From assembly GCF_009914755.1 (NCBI RefSeq), contig NC_060933.1: a DNA stretch of 64,000 nt. The stretch is one strand, 5' to 3'. Origin of the DNA: the human T2T-CHM13v2.0 reference genome, Homo sapiens. A model generated the notes under the pieces. That model had not been told where the DNA came from, searched no databases, and was given only the letters and a program-made list of their open reading frames with translations. Below, one piece after another: positions 11,404 through 24,805 of the stretch (position 1 is its first letter; each line of letters opens with the position of its first letter). Made by a program: the position numbers and the translations under genes.

Positions 11404-12935
11404 GTTTTTTAAGCACAAACTTCAGTGGGAGGGGAAGGGAGAACGGAACCCCACACCCCCTAGGCACCTGCCATCGGTTGTCCTTTGGAGGAAGCCACCT
11501 CCCCTCCTGCCCGAGGAGAGGCTGCTAGGCAGCTCCCCAAGGCTGACTCCAGCCCTTTCGGAGGCCCCCCATCAGGAGGCCTTGGAAAAGCCGCCCTGCA
11601 TTTGGGCCTGACGTAACGCACGCGGGTCCAGGGCTGCTGAGCAGACAGCTGAGGACCCGGCTCCAGCCCTGCCCTTGTGGCTGCTGGTCCTGGGAGCCTG
11701 CGGGTCTCACCTCTGCATGTGTGCACACAAGGAGTGGGGATGACAGCGTGCTGGGTGTTGGGAGGATTCAACAAGAAAGTGTCCAGGTGGTGCCTGGTCT
11801 GGTGCCCCAGTCCCCCCGACCCCATTTGCCCGGTGAGGTGGTCCCTGTCCCTTGACCACTCGCCGGGCCGGGCCTGGCCTGGGTCCAGGTGGCCACGGTC
11901 AATGGCAAGGGTTGGCCTCCTCATGGAGACAGCCACCTCAGGGAAGGGGTCATCACCCCCAAGGCCCTCCTGGGAGGCCTCAGGACCCTGGAGTCCCTGG
12001 GAAATTGGTGGTGGGGGTTGTACAAGCCTCATCCCAGCCCTGCCTAGGCCCCAGCCCAGAAAACCAAGAGCTTCCCATTAGCGCAGTCCAGCCCCACGGT
12101 GCAGGGCCCCACCCACCTTCCAGAGGCAGGAGAAATGGGATGGCAGCCCCAGCTGCCCCAGGTAGGAGGACGGCCGGGAGCTGGGTGGGGGATGGGTTGG
12201 GCCTCATTTGAGACAGAGAGCAGGTGGGCACAGCAGGTAAGAGGACTGCAGACCCCAGGCCTGCCGGGGCACAGGGTGGGTGGCCTCCAGGGAACTGGTC
12301 TCAGCCTTGGAGCGTGGGTCCCCAAAGGCAGCAGCTCCCCATCCTGACCTCAGGGCCTGGTAGGATGGGGCCACCCAGCCCACAGCCAGGCTGAGGCCCT
12401 TGGGGGAGAGGTGGGTTCTCTGGGCACCAGGGAAACGGGGTGGGGGTTGGCATTGGGAGGGCTGGAGGATACTGGCCTCAGACCTGACCTCAGAGAGACC
12501 TGACGTTCCCCACGATCTGCTAGGAGGACTCCAGGGGTGCTGTCTGCCCCCTGCTCTCTGTCCCCATAATGCCGGGTATTTGGCCGGGCAGGGCAGAGGG
12601 TGCCTGGGGCAGACTCCACCATCCTGGCCAGGGGACGGCAAACAGCACCGGAGTCACGGTGGGGGCAGGCAGGAGTTGGGGTCGTCAAGTTTGCCAGCCC
12701 CCATCAGCAGAGGCAAGAGATCAGTGAGCTGCCAAATGGAGGGGGTGGGGACGGCGAGAAGGCGATGTGTGACTTCACCGGCCCAGGGAGCTTCGTGTCA
12801 GGGATGGCCCGGCCCCTCCCTACTGGAGAGTGGGTCCGCCAGGCACAGGTGGGTGGAGAACATTCACGAAAGAGTGAGGTGGGGTCGGGGATGGGGCGAC
12901 AGGGACCAGCAGGGCCAAGGACAAGGTGCACCGGT

Positions 12936-13195
12936 CTAGCGGTCCTCCCGGACCGGCCGGATCTTCATCTCAGAGAACTTGAGTGAGTACTGCCAGCCGG
13001 TCCAGGAGGACCACTCCACGCCGTCGGCATAGGAGGCGTGCGCACCGCGCAGGTACTGCCCATTGAGGTTGGACGTGTGGCAGTTGCGGTACCACCAGGC
13101 ACCGCGGTAGAAGGCGGCACAGTTGTTCTCTGAATGGTCGCTGTCACGGTCCTTGGTGGTGAACCTCATGCCGCTGTGCTTCAGGAGGGAGTCGC
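12936..13195 (-). CDS. FIBCD1: FIBCD1 coding exon 7 (260 nt including TAG; calcium and acetyl-binding region of FReD)
   Basis: Acceptor CGCAG|GC; [45 protein letters not shown]...[11 protein letters not shown]. Exon lengths 72+480+160+137+97+180+260 = 1386 nt = 461 aa + stop. Confidence 0.98.
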
Positions 13196-14105
13196 CTGCG
13201 CAGGGGTGCACACAGGTGTGGGCACGGGGGGCACGGGTACACCCACTGGTGTTGCATGTGTGAGCAGACACCGAGACACTGCACGTGCACCTGGACGTGA
13301 GTGCATACACGTACGCACGTGCTCTCACACATACTGGTGTGCACGCGTGCAAGCGCACCTGCCCCTCCACACCCGGGTGTGTCCATGCAGCTCACACGCA
13401 CGCAGTCCCTCCTCGGGCGTGCCTGGGGCTGCCCCTGGGTCTAGGCGGTCTCTATCCCTCCCCCCAGCTTTTCCACATTCCCTCTCCTGCCTCCCCGCTC
13501 CTCGGCCTGAGAGGGGAAACCCAGCCCAGGGGGGTCCAGCCACCACACTTTAGAGACCCAGCGGACCCGAACCCCGGGTCTCCTGATTCCTGGCTCTGGG
13601 CTCAGTTTCTTTATCTGCAAAACGGGAAAACAGTCCAGGCTCTGCTGGCTTCGCCTTGCAGGGGTGAGGACCAAGCAGGACTTGGAGGAGGAGGCAAGCA
13701 GCCTTGACCCTGACCCCAGAGGGCCGAAGGGCATCATCAACACTATTATGAAAAAACGAACAGAAGATTCGCAGAAGCTCATCTTTTATGACATGCAACT
13801 GAATCAACTGATGAAGACAAGGACTGAGGGATCCTTGGTAAGGAAGAAAATTTTCCCTTTTCTGTCTTGTTTACTCTTCCAATTTGAAAAATTTATTACT
13901 TAAAAAAAATTTAGATTGGTTTCAGGCCTCTGATTGTGATGTGGGGTTGGTAGTTTATCAATATTTGTTATTTTTCAAAAACCTGATTACTTTCAAAGGG
14001 GGAAAAATACATTAGCCTTGATCATTTTGGAGGGCAGGACCTCCTCCGTCCTCCATCCTCCCAGGCCGCCCCCCTTCCCCATCCCTGCCACAGCTGGAGC
14101 CTCAC

Positions 14106-14285
14106 CTGCAGTGCCGGAATAGTCAGCCACGGTGAGCGGGTACCCGTCTTCCTCAGGGTCCACGGAGAACAAGCCCACGCCGAAGCTCCCGTAGCGGGCA
14201 TAGGCCGTGCCATTCTCAAAGTCCTCCAGGTCCACGTGCAGCTCGTAGGCAGCCTGTGTGGTCAGGGCGTGGATCCTCTTGAGCC
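14106..14285 (-). CDS. FIBCD1: FIBCD1 coding exon 6 (180 nt; FReD, contains NGT sequon)
   Basis: Acceptor TTCAG|GG, donor CAG|GTGAGG; LKRIHALTTQAAYELHVDLEDFENGTAYARYGSFGVGLFSVDPEEDGYPLTVADYSGTA. Confidence 0.97.
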
Positions 14286-15794
14286 CTGAAGTTGGGGGGA
14301 AAATGGTGGGAGAAGCTGAGGGGCGTAGGAAGCGACTCCCCAGGGAGAAATGATAAATGACAGCTGAGCTCATGCAGTTGGGGACAGAAAGGGACAACCA
14401 CCAAGTGCGTGCAATCAGCCCTGGGCTACTTCCTTCTTCCTGCAGGCCTGTGTTGGGCAAGCCACTGAGGACCGACAGTTTTCATGTTTGGTTTTCTCTG
14501 TTCCCTTTAAGTGGAGCTGTGATGCTTTTCAAACGTTGGGGCTCTGAGCTGGTGGGAAGACTGCAGGAGGCGGGAGGAGGTGGGGGTGACAGCACCCTTA
14601 CCCAGACTCCAGCCAGAGCCAGACAGACAGGATCTGTGTTCGCATTTTCCTATACCTGGCCTCTGGGCCTTTGCACATGCTGTTCCCTCTGCCAGGATGC
14701 TTGTCCCTACTCCTCCTCACTTGGTTACCTTCTATTCATTTCTGGAAGGCTGCCTGACCTCCTGTCGGCGTTGAGGACCTCCTCTGCCAACACATGTGCC
14801 CCTGTGGGTATTTATCTTTCAGGGTCCCGGCTGCCTATCTTGTCAGTTTCCCCACCAGTGCGGAATTCCCGTGACAGTGGCATGTCCGACCTAGCCACTG
14901 CTGACCCCAGTGCCTGGGGTGGGGCCTGGCACAATGGTGCTTACCCAGCGCTGGCTTAGTGGATGGGAGGGAGTTGGCGGCACCCTCACCCCTCTAGGCC
15001 GGCTCTGTGCCCCCATCCTACTCTCTCCCTCCTGCTGTCCCCGCCCCACCTCAACTCTGCCCTGCCCATCCCCGGGGTCTCATGCCAGGCCTCCCCTACC
15101 ATACACATACGTGCTCAGACTCCCAAGATGCTTCACTGCTGGTGTGGTTACTCTTGATTAAGAGGGCATTTAATGAAATGTTTCACAAGTTAGTAGCAGC
15201 GAGTGGTATTCCATCCGCTTCTCCCTCCTGCCTGCCTCTCCCCGGCTCCGCACCTCCCGGGGTCAGTGTGTGCTGGCTGGAGGCTGTGCGGATCCTCCCC
15301 CATCCCGCCCGGACAAGAAGCCTTTGGTCCCAGTCACCAGGTCCAGGGACCAGGAGCAGCCACTGTGGGAGGAGTCACAGCAAAGCTGACCGCACGACCC
15401 ATGTTCCTCCCCAAGGACCTGCCAGGGCATGGGCTTTGACAGCCTAGGGTCTCACCCAGGGTCCCCACCTCCCTGACTCTCCTGCTGCTGAGTCTCAGGG
15501 CAGCCGCTCTCCCTCTCTGGGCCCCAGCTCGGCTGGCGCAGGGCTGATGTGAGGGGCCAGGAGAGTGTCATACACAAAAGGGCAGGTGGGAGGTAATCAT
15601 GACAACAGCCGCCACCTGGACGGCACTCGCAAGGGCCCAGCACCGTTCTCAGCCCTTCGTGCAGATGAGTGAATCCAGTGGAATTAGAGTGAGTCTAATT
15701 TAATTACAGAATCCCTGGGCGGCTCTTCTGGCAGGGCTGGCCCACTGCACACATTATCCAGGTGCTGACTGCTGCTTCCCAAGGCCCCGGGGAA

Positions 15795-15912
15795 GGAGTG
15801 CCTATTACTACCTATTTTATAGGGGAGGAAAATGAGGCCCAGGGAGGTTAAGGAGCTGGCCCAGGTCACGCGGCTGCTGAGTGGCATTGCTGGGATTTGA
15901 ACCCAGGCAGAA
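15795..15912 (-). mobile_element. MIR
   Basis: CCTATTTTATAGGGGAGGAAAATGAGGCCCAGGGAGGTTAAG...GGTCACGCGGCT...GGGATTTGAACCCAGGC. Similar MIR cores also occur near 3370, 26990, 27650, 29310, 31300, 38220, 39630, 40585, 45040, 49590 and 61040. Confidence 0.75.
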
Positions 15913-16489
15913 GGGCCCCAAATCCCTGCTGCTATTCAGACCTTACCCAGAACAAATCAGATGATGCAGGAATAGGGAGAGAGGGAGACCGGCCCCCCGG
16001 GGATGCTGGAAGATTCCTTTTCCCACCACTAATTGGCCATTGGCACCCAAAGGCCACCATTAGCCACTCCTCTGGGTTGAGTGACAATTCATGAGCGGTG
16101 TCCCGGGGGCTGCTAGGCAGGACGCCCGAGGGAGGGGTGGGTGGGGACCTGGGGCCTGGGTCCTCTCCGTCCTTCCTCCAGTCCACGCCACCTCCTCCCT
16201 CCCTCGCCTCCCTGCCCTTGCTCTTTGGCTTTCTCCAGCTCTCCCAGCTTTTCCCTGGCCTTCCAGGACCGCTCCCAGCCACGTTAGCTGTTCTTCCCAG
16301 ATTCCCTGGGCCCCTGATCCAACTCCTTCACCAGCTCCCGGCTCAAATCGCCAAGAGCAAGAAACAGGGCTGATGGCTTGAAACAGACAGGAAACCACTA
16401 AGACCCTAAACTTCACATGTCCACCCCAGTGGACTTCCAGCTGGACTAAAGCTGTCAACCTAAAACAACACTAGAAAAACAGAAGAAAA

Positions 16490-16869
<380 letters not shown>

Positions 16870-18319
16870 CTAAAACCCAGAAAAGATACAAAGAAAAGGG
16901 TGGCAGAACTGAGTGCATAAACATCTTAAATTTCTAGGAAATAAATAATAACATGACCCCACAAAAGAAAAAGAAAAAGCTGAAAGACAAATGGCCAGAA
17001 GTTAATACCTATCATGTGTTGGACAAATGATCGGTAACCTTAATATATAGAGAGCTTCCATGACTCGATAGGAAAAGACAAAGCACTCATTGAGAGGGGA
17101 TGGGGAGGGTGGTGCGGCAGAGGAGGGACTGGCGCTGTTGACATTCCTGTCAGGGCTCGTCTGCAGGATGCTGGAATGAGGACCTGCTTAAATGCTTCCT
17201 CCCGCATCATCTGCAGCTGCTGATAGATTTCAATTAAGATACCATGAGCACGGGCATCACCGCTGCTCCAGGGGGTGGGTGGTGGCGAGGGCATGCCTTG
17301 GCCCTGCCGCCTTGTCCTTATCTTTACCCCCAGCTTGGGGAGCCTGAGGCAGGGTCTCCCCATCTCCCCTCCTTCCACCCACCAGGTTCGGGGATGAGGC
17401 GAGCTGGGTTGGGCGCCAGTGTGTAGACCCTGCTGGGGCTCCCCCAACCCCAACACACGCAGGCTTGTGACAAGGGACCTCCCTTTCCTAAGCCTCAACT
17501 TCCTCATCTCTAAAAGGAGGGGACGACAGCAGGGCCCCCAACTAGGTGGGTGTGAGGCTTTGGGGACGATGCATGGGAAGCGTGTAGCTGGGTGCTCAGT
17601 GGGTTGGGGGTCAGCACGGGGTGTGGGCATGAAGTCCACACGGGGTGTGACCTTCCCTGTTGTCGGCACCCCCTGGGCACCAGGGCACGGCAGGTCAGAG
17701 AGGGCCCTGCTCTCATGGGCCCCGGTGAGGAGGGGGCATGGGTGGCAGATCTTGCCCAGGGGCCTCCATGCACACAGAGGGGCGGCCCCGCCTCACCACC
17801 CCAACCCTGCCTTTGGGGCCCCCGACCCCCCATCTTCCAGGGGTGTCACTGAACATCCTTACAGGCCTGGAGCCCTCCTGACCCCGGCTGGTGCCCAGAC
17901 CTGCGCTCTCAGCCTCTCAGGTGGTGCTTCCCGCCAGGCACGCAGGCCCACCCTCTCCTTCCCGCCTAAGCCTCCCTACCAGCTCTGACCCCGCTCGCTC
18001 GCAGGGGAGTTCCTCAGATGTCCACACCCTTCTCACCCTCTCCCTCCACCACCAGCTCTGCCCCGCACTGGGGAACTCCCGGGATGTCCTCACCCTTCTT
18101 ACCCTCTCCCTCCCTCCCACCCAAGGCGCCCCCTCCGCCGCCCCTCGCCCCCAACCCCCACAGCTTGTGGAACTCCCTGGATGTCCGCACACACCCGGGG
18201 GGCTTAAGTGCAGGAGGACACTGTGGGGCATTCGAGGCCGCCCAGATGACACTCGGGGCACACATTCCCCAGCACCTGTGCGTTTCATGTATATTCAAAA
18301 CCTGCAAGGAGTGACTGCT

Positions 18320-18465
18320 CCCGGGGGTACAGGGTTTCCTTCTGGAGTGAGGAAAAGGTTCTGGACCCAGTGGCAATGGTTGTAATATTCTGAATATACT
18401 AAAAACCACAGGGTCATACACTTCCACACAGGGAATTTTGTTGTATGTAAATTATATCTCAAGAA
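18320..18465 (+). mobile_element. L1M 3' terminal fragment
   Basis: GGGTACAGGGTTTCCTTCTGG...TGAATATACTAAAAACCAC...GTATGTAAATTATATCTCAA. Confidence 0.7.
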
Positions 18466-18808
18466 CAACCAGAAAAATCCACCTCATTTCAAGCCATAGC
18501 CACTTCCCAAATATATATAGGTAGATAGGACCTCAAAGTTGTGATTCTTTTAGGATGTTTTGTTAAGATAAATGTTTTGTTTAGATAAATGAAGTTTTGT
18601 TTAGAATATTTTGTTTAGATAGTGAAATGTTAAAAAAAAAAAGAAATGTTAAGGACTTTCAAAAATTCTAAAATACTGAGTGAATTTAAACATAGGTAAT
18701 GATATTGACAGAACCTTCTGAGCTCCTACTTTGTGCCAGGCAGGGACTGTGTCCCAGTGGCAGGAAGGCGTGCGGTTGCCTCCAGGCCCAAACAGGAGCC
18801 CTGGCTGG

Positions 18809-20227
18809 TGAGAGGTGACAGCGTGCTGGCAGTCCTCACAGCCCTCCCTCGCTCTCGGCGCCTCCTCTGCGTGGGCTCCCACTTTGGCGGCACTTGAGGA
18901 GCCCTTCAGCCCACCGCTGCGCTGTGGGAGCCCCTTTCTGGGCTGGCCAAGGCCGGAGCCCACTCCCTCAGCTTGCAGGGAGGGGTGGAGGGAGAGGCGC
19001 GAGCGGGAACCGGGGCTGCGTGCGGCGCTTGCGGGCCAGCTGGAGTTCCAGGTGGGCATGGGCTTGGCGGGCCCCACACTCAGAGCAGCCGACCAGCCCC
19101 GCTGGCCCCGGGGCAATGAGGAACTTAGCACCTGGGCCAGCGGCTGTGGAGGGTGTACTGGGTCCCCCAGCAGTGCCAGCCCACCGGCGCTGCACTCGAT
19201 TTCTCACCGGGCCTTAGCTGCCTTCCCGCGGGCCAGGGCTCGGGACCTGCAGCCCGCCATGCCTGAGCCTCCCACCCCCTCCGTGGGCTCCTGTGCGGCC
19301 CGAGCCTCCCTGACGAGCGCCACCCCCTGCTCCACAGCGCCCGGTCCCATCGAGCACCCAAGAGCTGAGGAGTGCAGGCACACGGCGCGGGACTGGCAGG
19401 CAGCTCCACCTGCAGTCCCGGTGCGGGATCCACTAGGTGAAGCTAGCTGGGCTCCTGAGTCTGGTGGGGAGGTGGAGAGTCTTTATGTCTAGCTCAGGGA
19501 TTGTAAATACACCAATCGGCACTCTGTATCTAGCTCAAGGTTTGTAAACACACCAATCAGCACCCTGTGTCTAGCTCAGGGTTTGTGAGTGCACCAATCA
19601 ACACTCTGTATCTAGCTGCTCTGGTGGGGCCTTGGAGAACCTTTATGTCTAGCTCAGGGATTGTAAACACACCAATCAGCACCCTGTGTCTAGCTCAGGG
19701 TTTGTGAGTGCACCAATCAACACACTGTATCTAGCTGCTCTGGTGGGGCCTTAGAGAACCTTTGTGTCCATACTCTGTATCTAACTAATCTGATGGGGAG
19801 GTGGAGAACCTTTGTGTCTAGCTCAGGGATTGTAAACGCACCAATCAGCCCCCTGTCAAAACAGACCACTGGGCTCTACCAAGCAGCAGGATGTGGGTGG
19901 GGCCACATAAGAGAATAAAAGCAGGCTGCCCCAGCCAGCCTCGGCAACCCGCTCAGGTTCCCTCCTGCGCTGTGGAAGCTTTGTTCTTTCACTCTTTGGG
20001 TCCACGCTGCTTTTATGAGCTGCAACACTCACCGTGAAGGTCTGCAGTTTCACTCCTGAGCCAGCTAGACCACGAACCCACCAGAAGGAAGAAACTCCGA
20101 ACATATCCGAACATCAGAAGAAAAAAACTCCAGGCGCGCTACCTTAAGAGCTATAACACTCACCACGAGGGTCTGCAGCTTCATTCTTGAAATCAGTGAG
20201 ACCAAGAACCCACCAATTCTGGACACA
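18809..20227 (+). mobile_element. Solo LTR12 (ERV9 LTR, LTR12C-like), antisense in FIBCD1 intron 5
   Basis: Starts TGAGAGGTGACAGCGTGCTGGCAGTCC and ends CCAATTCTGGACACA; CpG-rich U3, tandem CACCAATC/CTAGCTCAGGG repeats, AATAAAA box at 19914-19920. Confidence 0.93.
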
Positions 20228-20661
20228 CTCAGCACCACTGGCCACTCTTGGGAGTTCCATGCCTGGTGTCCCTGGCACCCTTGGGCAGGGTGGGGCCGGG
20301 TCCTCCTCTGTCCTCCTGCTGCCTGGGATGCTGCTGACCACCTGCCCAAGCTGGCTTGATTCAGGACAGCCAGCAGGTCCCAGGGTGACCCCGGCAGGAA
20401 GTGGCCTCCAAGGGCATGTGGGACCCTCAGCCTTTATGAGCACTGGGAGCCCACCCACGCTGACACTTCCGTTGGCAATGTCTGGCCTCATTCCTTCTGA
20501 ATGCCTGTCACCTTCATGCATGACACCTGTGAGCTGGCTCAGGTGTGCCGAGGCCAGGGAAACCCAGCCCAAACCCATTCAGGGAGCAGCTGGGACCCAA
20601 CTGTGTCCGGAAGGCAGGGGGAGGAGGCCCACCTGGGCCGGATGGTGGGTGGGGTGCTCAC

Positions 20662-20758
20662 CTAGCCAGTGCTCCCCGGTGAGCCTGCCAAAGCCGTCTC
20701 GGTACGCATCCCAGCCCCGGAAGAAGTTCACGGAGCCGTCCTCCCGGCGCTGAAACAC
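20662..20758 (-). CDS. FIBCD1: FIBCD1 coding exon 5 (97 nt; FReD)
   Basis: Acceptor TTGCAG|GTG, donor TAG|GTGAGC; VFQRREDGSVNFFRGWDAYRDGFGRLTGEHWLG. Confidence 0.97.
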
Positions 20759-21024
20759 CTGCAAAGGGAAGATGGGGATGGGGCGTTGGCACCGACCATC
20801 CCAGGACTCGCAGCCCACCTGGGCCCACCCCGCCCAGAGACTCCCCTCACCCTGCTCCCAACCTGCCCTCTCGGGAGGGCAGGGGCCTGGTTGCCCACTT
20901 CCCGCAACGGCCCCTGGCCAGGGGCCTGGAAAACAGCAGAGGTTCCAGAGCCTCATGGTGGCTCGAGGTGGGATTAACCAAATGCCCACAGGCCCCCAAG
21001 ACGGCTCCTCAGGGAGGAATTCCA

Positions 21025-21899
<875 letters not shown>

Positions 21900-24291
21900 T
21901 CAGCGGGGTGTGACTTGGGTACCAACGAGCGCCTGGGCTGCCTCTGTTGTTCATTTTAATAACATTCTTGATTTGGGAGTCAGGAATCCCATCGGTTAAA
22001 TTGCTTTGAAATGAGTACCACGCTGGCCCGGGCCAGAGCTGCCTGGAGTATTTACAGGATCCGCTGACAATCCGTCCCAGCCGGCCTCCCCAGCCCTCCC
22101 AGCCCTCTTTCTGTTTAACAAGCTTTATTCTCCTTTATTCTCCCTGCTTTATTCTCCGAGGCAGCGCCCGCGGCCCGGCCGGCCTCCATCTGTGTCAGAG
22201 TCTGATGTGTTAGAGATCTGGCTGCGGCACCGGCGAGCTGCCAGTTTCATTACTAAGCAGCCTGATTTCAGTCGCTCGGAACTGCCCGGATGCCCGGTCT
22301 GACCCGAGGCGTCTGCCGCGTGAGCGTTTGCCAATGCTCTGAGCCCTGCTCTGAGCCCTCGGGGACGTGTCCGTCACGGCGTTTGGGCAGCTCTGACGTC
22401 AGGGAGCTGGAGGGAGATGACACCTCCTTTTTCGTGCTTTGCTACCTCAAACCTGGCCCAGCTCTGAAATCTGAAAGTCCTCAGGAGTGACCGGCTCGGG
22501 GTGGAAGGAAATTCGATCAGGCTCAGGGAGATCTGAGGAGCGGTGGAGAGCCGTATTGATGGCCGCATATTGGGACCCTGAGCACGCACCTTTTCAAAGG
22601 CCTAATCCTAGCAGAAGCTCAGGCACTCCCCTGAGAAGGCAGCGGGCAGTAGGAGCCTGTTTCCGCAGGAGGAGGGGAGCTAGAGGGACCGGCAGGCCCG
22701 AAGCCCCCTGGGATGCCTGGCTGGCATTGGCCGTCGGCTGGGCCTCTGCCCTGGGGACTGGGGACCTGGGCATGCTCAGTGGTGAAGGAGTTCCTGAAGG
22801 CAGGGGAGCCCAGTGGTTGTGGATCTGGGTTCCAGGGCCCCAGCTTTGCCTTAGAGAGCCCTGGCAAGTCCCCACACCTCTCCAGGCCCCAGCACCCACG
22901 TCTGTAAAGCAGAGATCACAGCCACGCCTTCCTCCCAGGCTATGACCATCCACCGAGAATAAGCTCAGGCCTGGCACATAGTAGGTGTTCAGCAAGTGCC
23001 AGCTGGGTGGCTAGCCACAGCACTGAGGCCCAGGCCTGGGCGAGGGCTCCTGCCTCCTCTGCTCCTCTCCCAGACTCTGGCCTCCACCCTCCCCCAGCCC
23101 TCCCGAGGGGTCTGTCCCAGCCTCTCATTCACACAGATGTTCCACCGAGCATCTCCTGCCAGGCACCAGCTGCAAAAGCCAAGTCAGTGGATACGAGGTC
23201 ACGGTTCTGCCCTTGGGGACCTTAGGGCAAAGGAACAGAGGAGACACCCGTGCTCAGGGGACCCCAACCGTGCAAGAGGCAGGACAGACTTGGAGGTTGG
23301 GGAGAGAACAGGTCTGCCCAGCAGGGTGGCCCTGGAGGAGGGGCAGGGTCCTGGGCCCTGTGTCAGCCTGCTGGGCGGGGCAGAAAATGCAGGGAAGTAG
23401 GCCACAGTGCGGGTAGTGGGGAGACCCCAGCAGCCAGTGGGCGTGCCCAACCAGGGGCAGGTGAGCTGATGTACAGGTGCCCAGCTGTGCCTCTTCCTAA
23501 AGGCTCAGAGGAACCATCCAGAATGAGAGCAAGAAGCCCCGGTAGCCCAGACCACAGCCTCCGAGAGGATCCCCCAGGCTCTGCCTCCAGCGCTCACTCC
23601 CACCACTGGGACGCCTGGAACCAATGCTGCCATTTACGTAACTCGCCAGACCCCAGCCCTGCCCTGACTCTTCAGGATGTGGCAGGAGGGGCTGTTCCTG
23701 CCCCTGCGTCCCAGCTGATGGGATGATGGGCAGTCGAGACTCAGCTCGGGGGCTGCGTGCTCTCTGCGTGCCCATGTCCCTCCCCAAACCCTTTCCCCGA
23801 GCCCAGGCACCCCACCCTTACAGGGCCGAAGCTCGGACACTGGCCAGCGGCCAGGCGGCCGTGAGCAGCAAAAAGCGGGGGCCGACTACATCTTGTGCCC
23901 TCAGTCCCACGACAGTCTGGACCTACCCTTGCCACCAGCGCCTGAAGGCTAATGTCCTGACACCATGTCCACACTCGTGCTTGGTGGCAGGTCCACTGAC
24001 CAGGATGGCTGTAGCCTTGAGTGTGCCCCTCTACCCAGGCTTCTGGTGCCAAGAGCTGGTCCCTGCACCCACAGTCCTCAGCCCCCTCTTTCCCACTGCC
24101 CTCTCAGTCTGGGTGCCAGTTACAGTGACCCCACCATCCCCCAGGGCTCCTCCTTGGTGCCGATCAATTGGGGTGAGCACACCTGGCCCCCTGCCTTTGC
24201 CTCTGCCCAAGGAAGGACACTGAAACCACATACGGCCGGCACTCCTGTCCAGGTAGCCCGAATCAACGCCCACTTAGAAACTGCAGCAATT

Positions 24292-24590
24292 GGCCAGGAG
24301 CGGTGGCTCACGCCTGTAACCCCAGCACTTTGGGAGGCCGAGGCAGGCAGATCTCCTGAGGTCAGGAGTTCGAGACCAGCCTGGCCAACACGGTGAAACC
24401 CCGTCTCTACTAAAAATACAAAAATTAGCCGGGCATAGTGGCAGGTGCCTGTAGTCCCAGCTACTTGGGAGGCTGAGGCAGGATAATCACTTGAACCCAG
24501 GAGGCGTGGTTGCAGTGAGCCGAGATCGCGCCACTGCACTCCAACCTGAGTGATAAGAGCGAGACTCTGTCTCAAAAAAATAAAAAAATA
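24292..24590 (+). mobile_element. Alu (AluS-type)
   Basis: Full dimer; TSD AAACTGCAGCAA on both sides. Confidence 0.93.
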
Positions 24591-24805
24591 AACTGCAGCA
24601 ACTGTCGGCCAACGTGGGCACTTTTAACGTGTGCAGTGACGGATTGCGGACCTGCTCTTAAGGCGCCAAGACACATCTGTGGTCTGGCCTTGAAGAAGTG
24701 ACCTGCAGACTGACCATGTCCCAGAGAGATGCAGCCGACGTCACCACACAGGCACACGCATCCAGACTCCAGACTTAGCTTAATGCAGAAGGACGTGCAT
24801 AGATA

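Noticed and set aside
18815-19492. 225-aa ORF
   Set aside because: Lies in the GC-rich U3 of LTR12; not retroviral gag/pol/env
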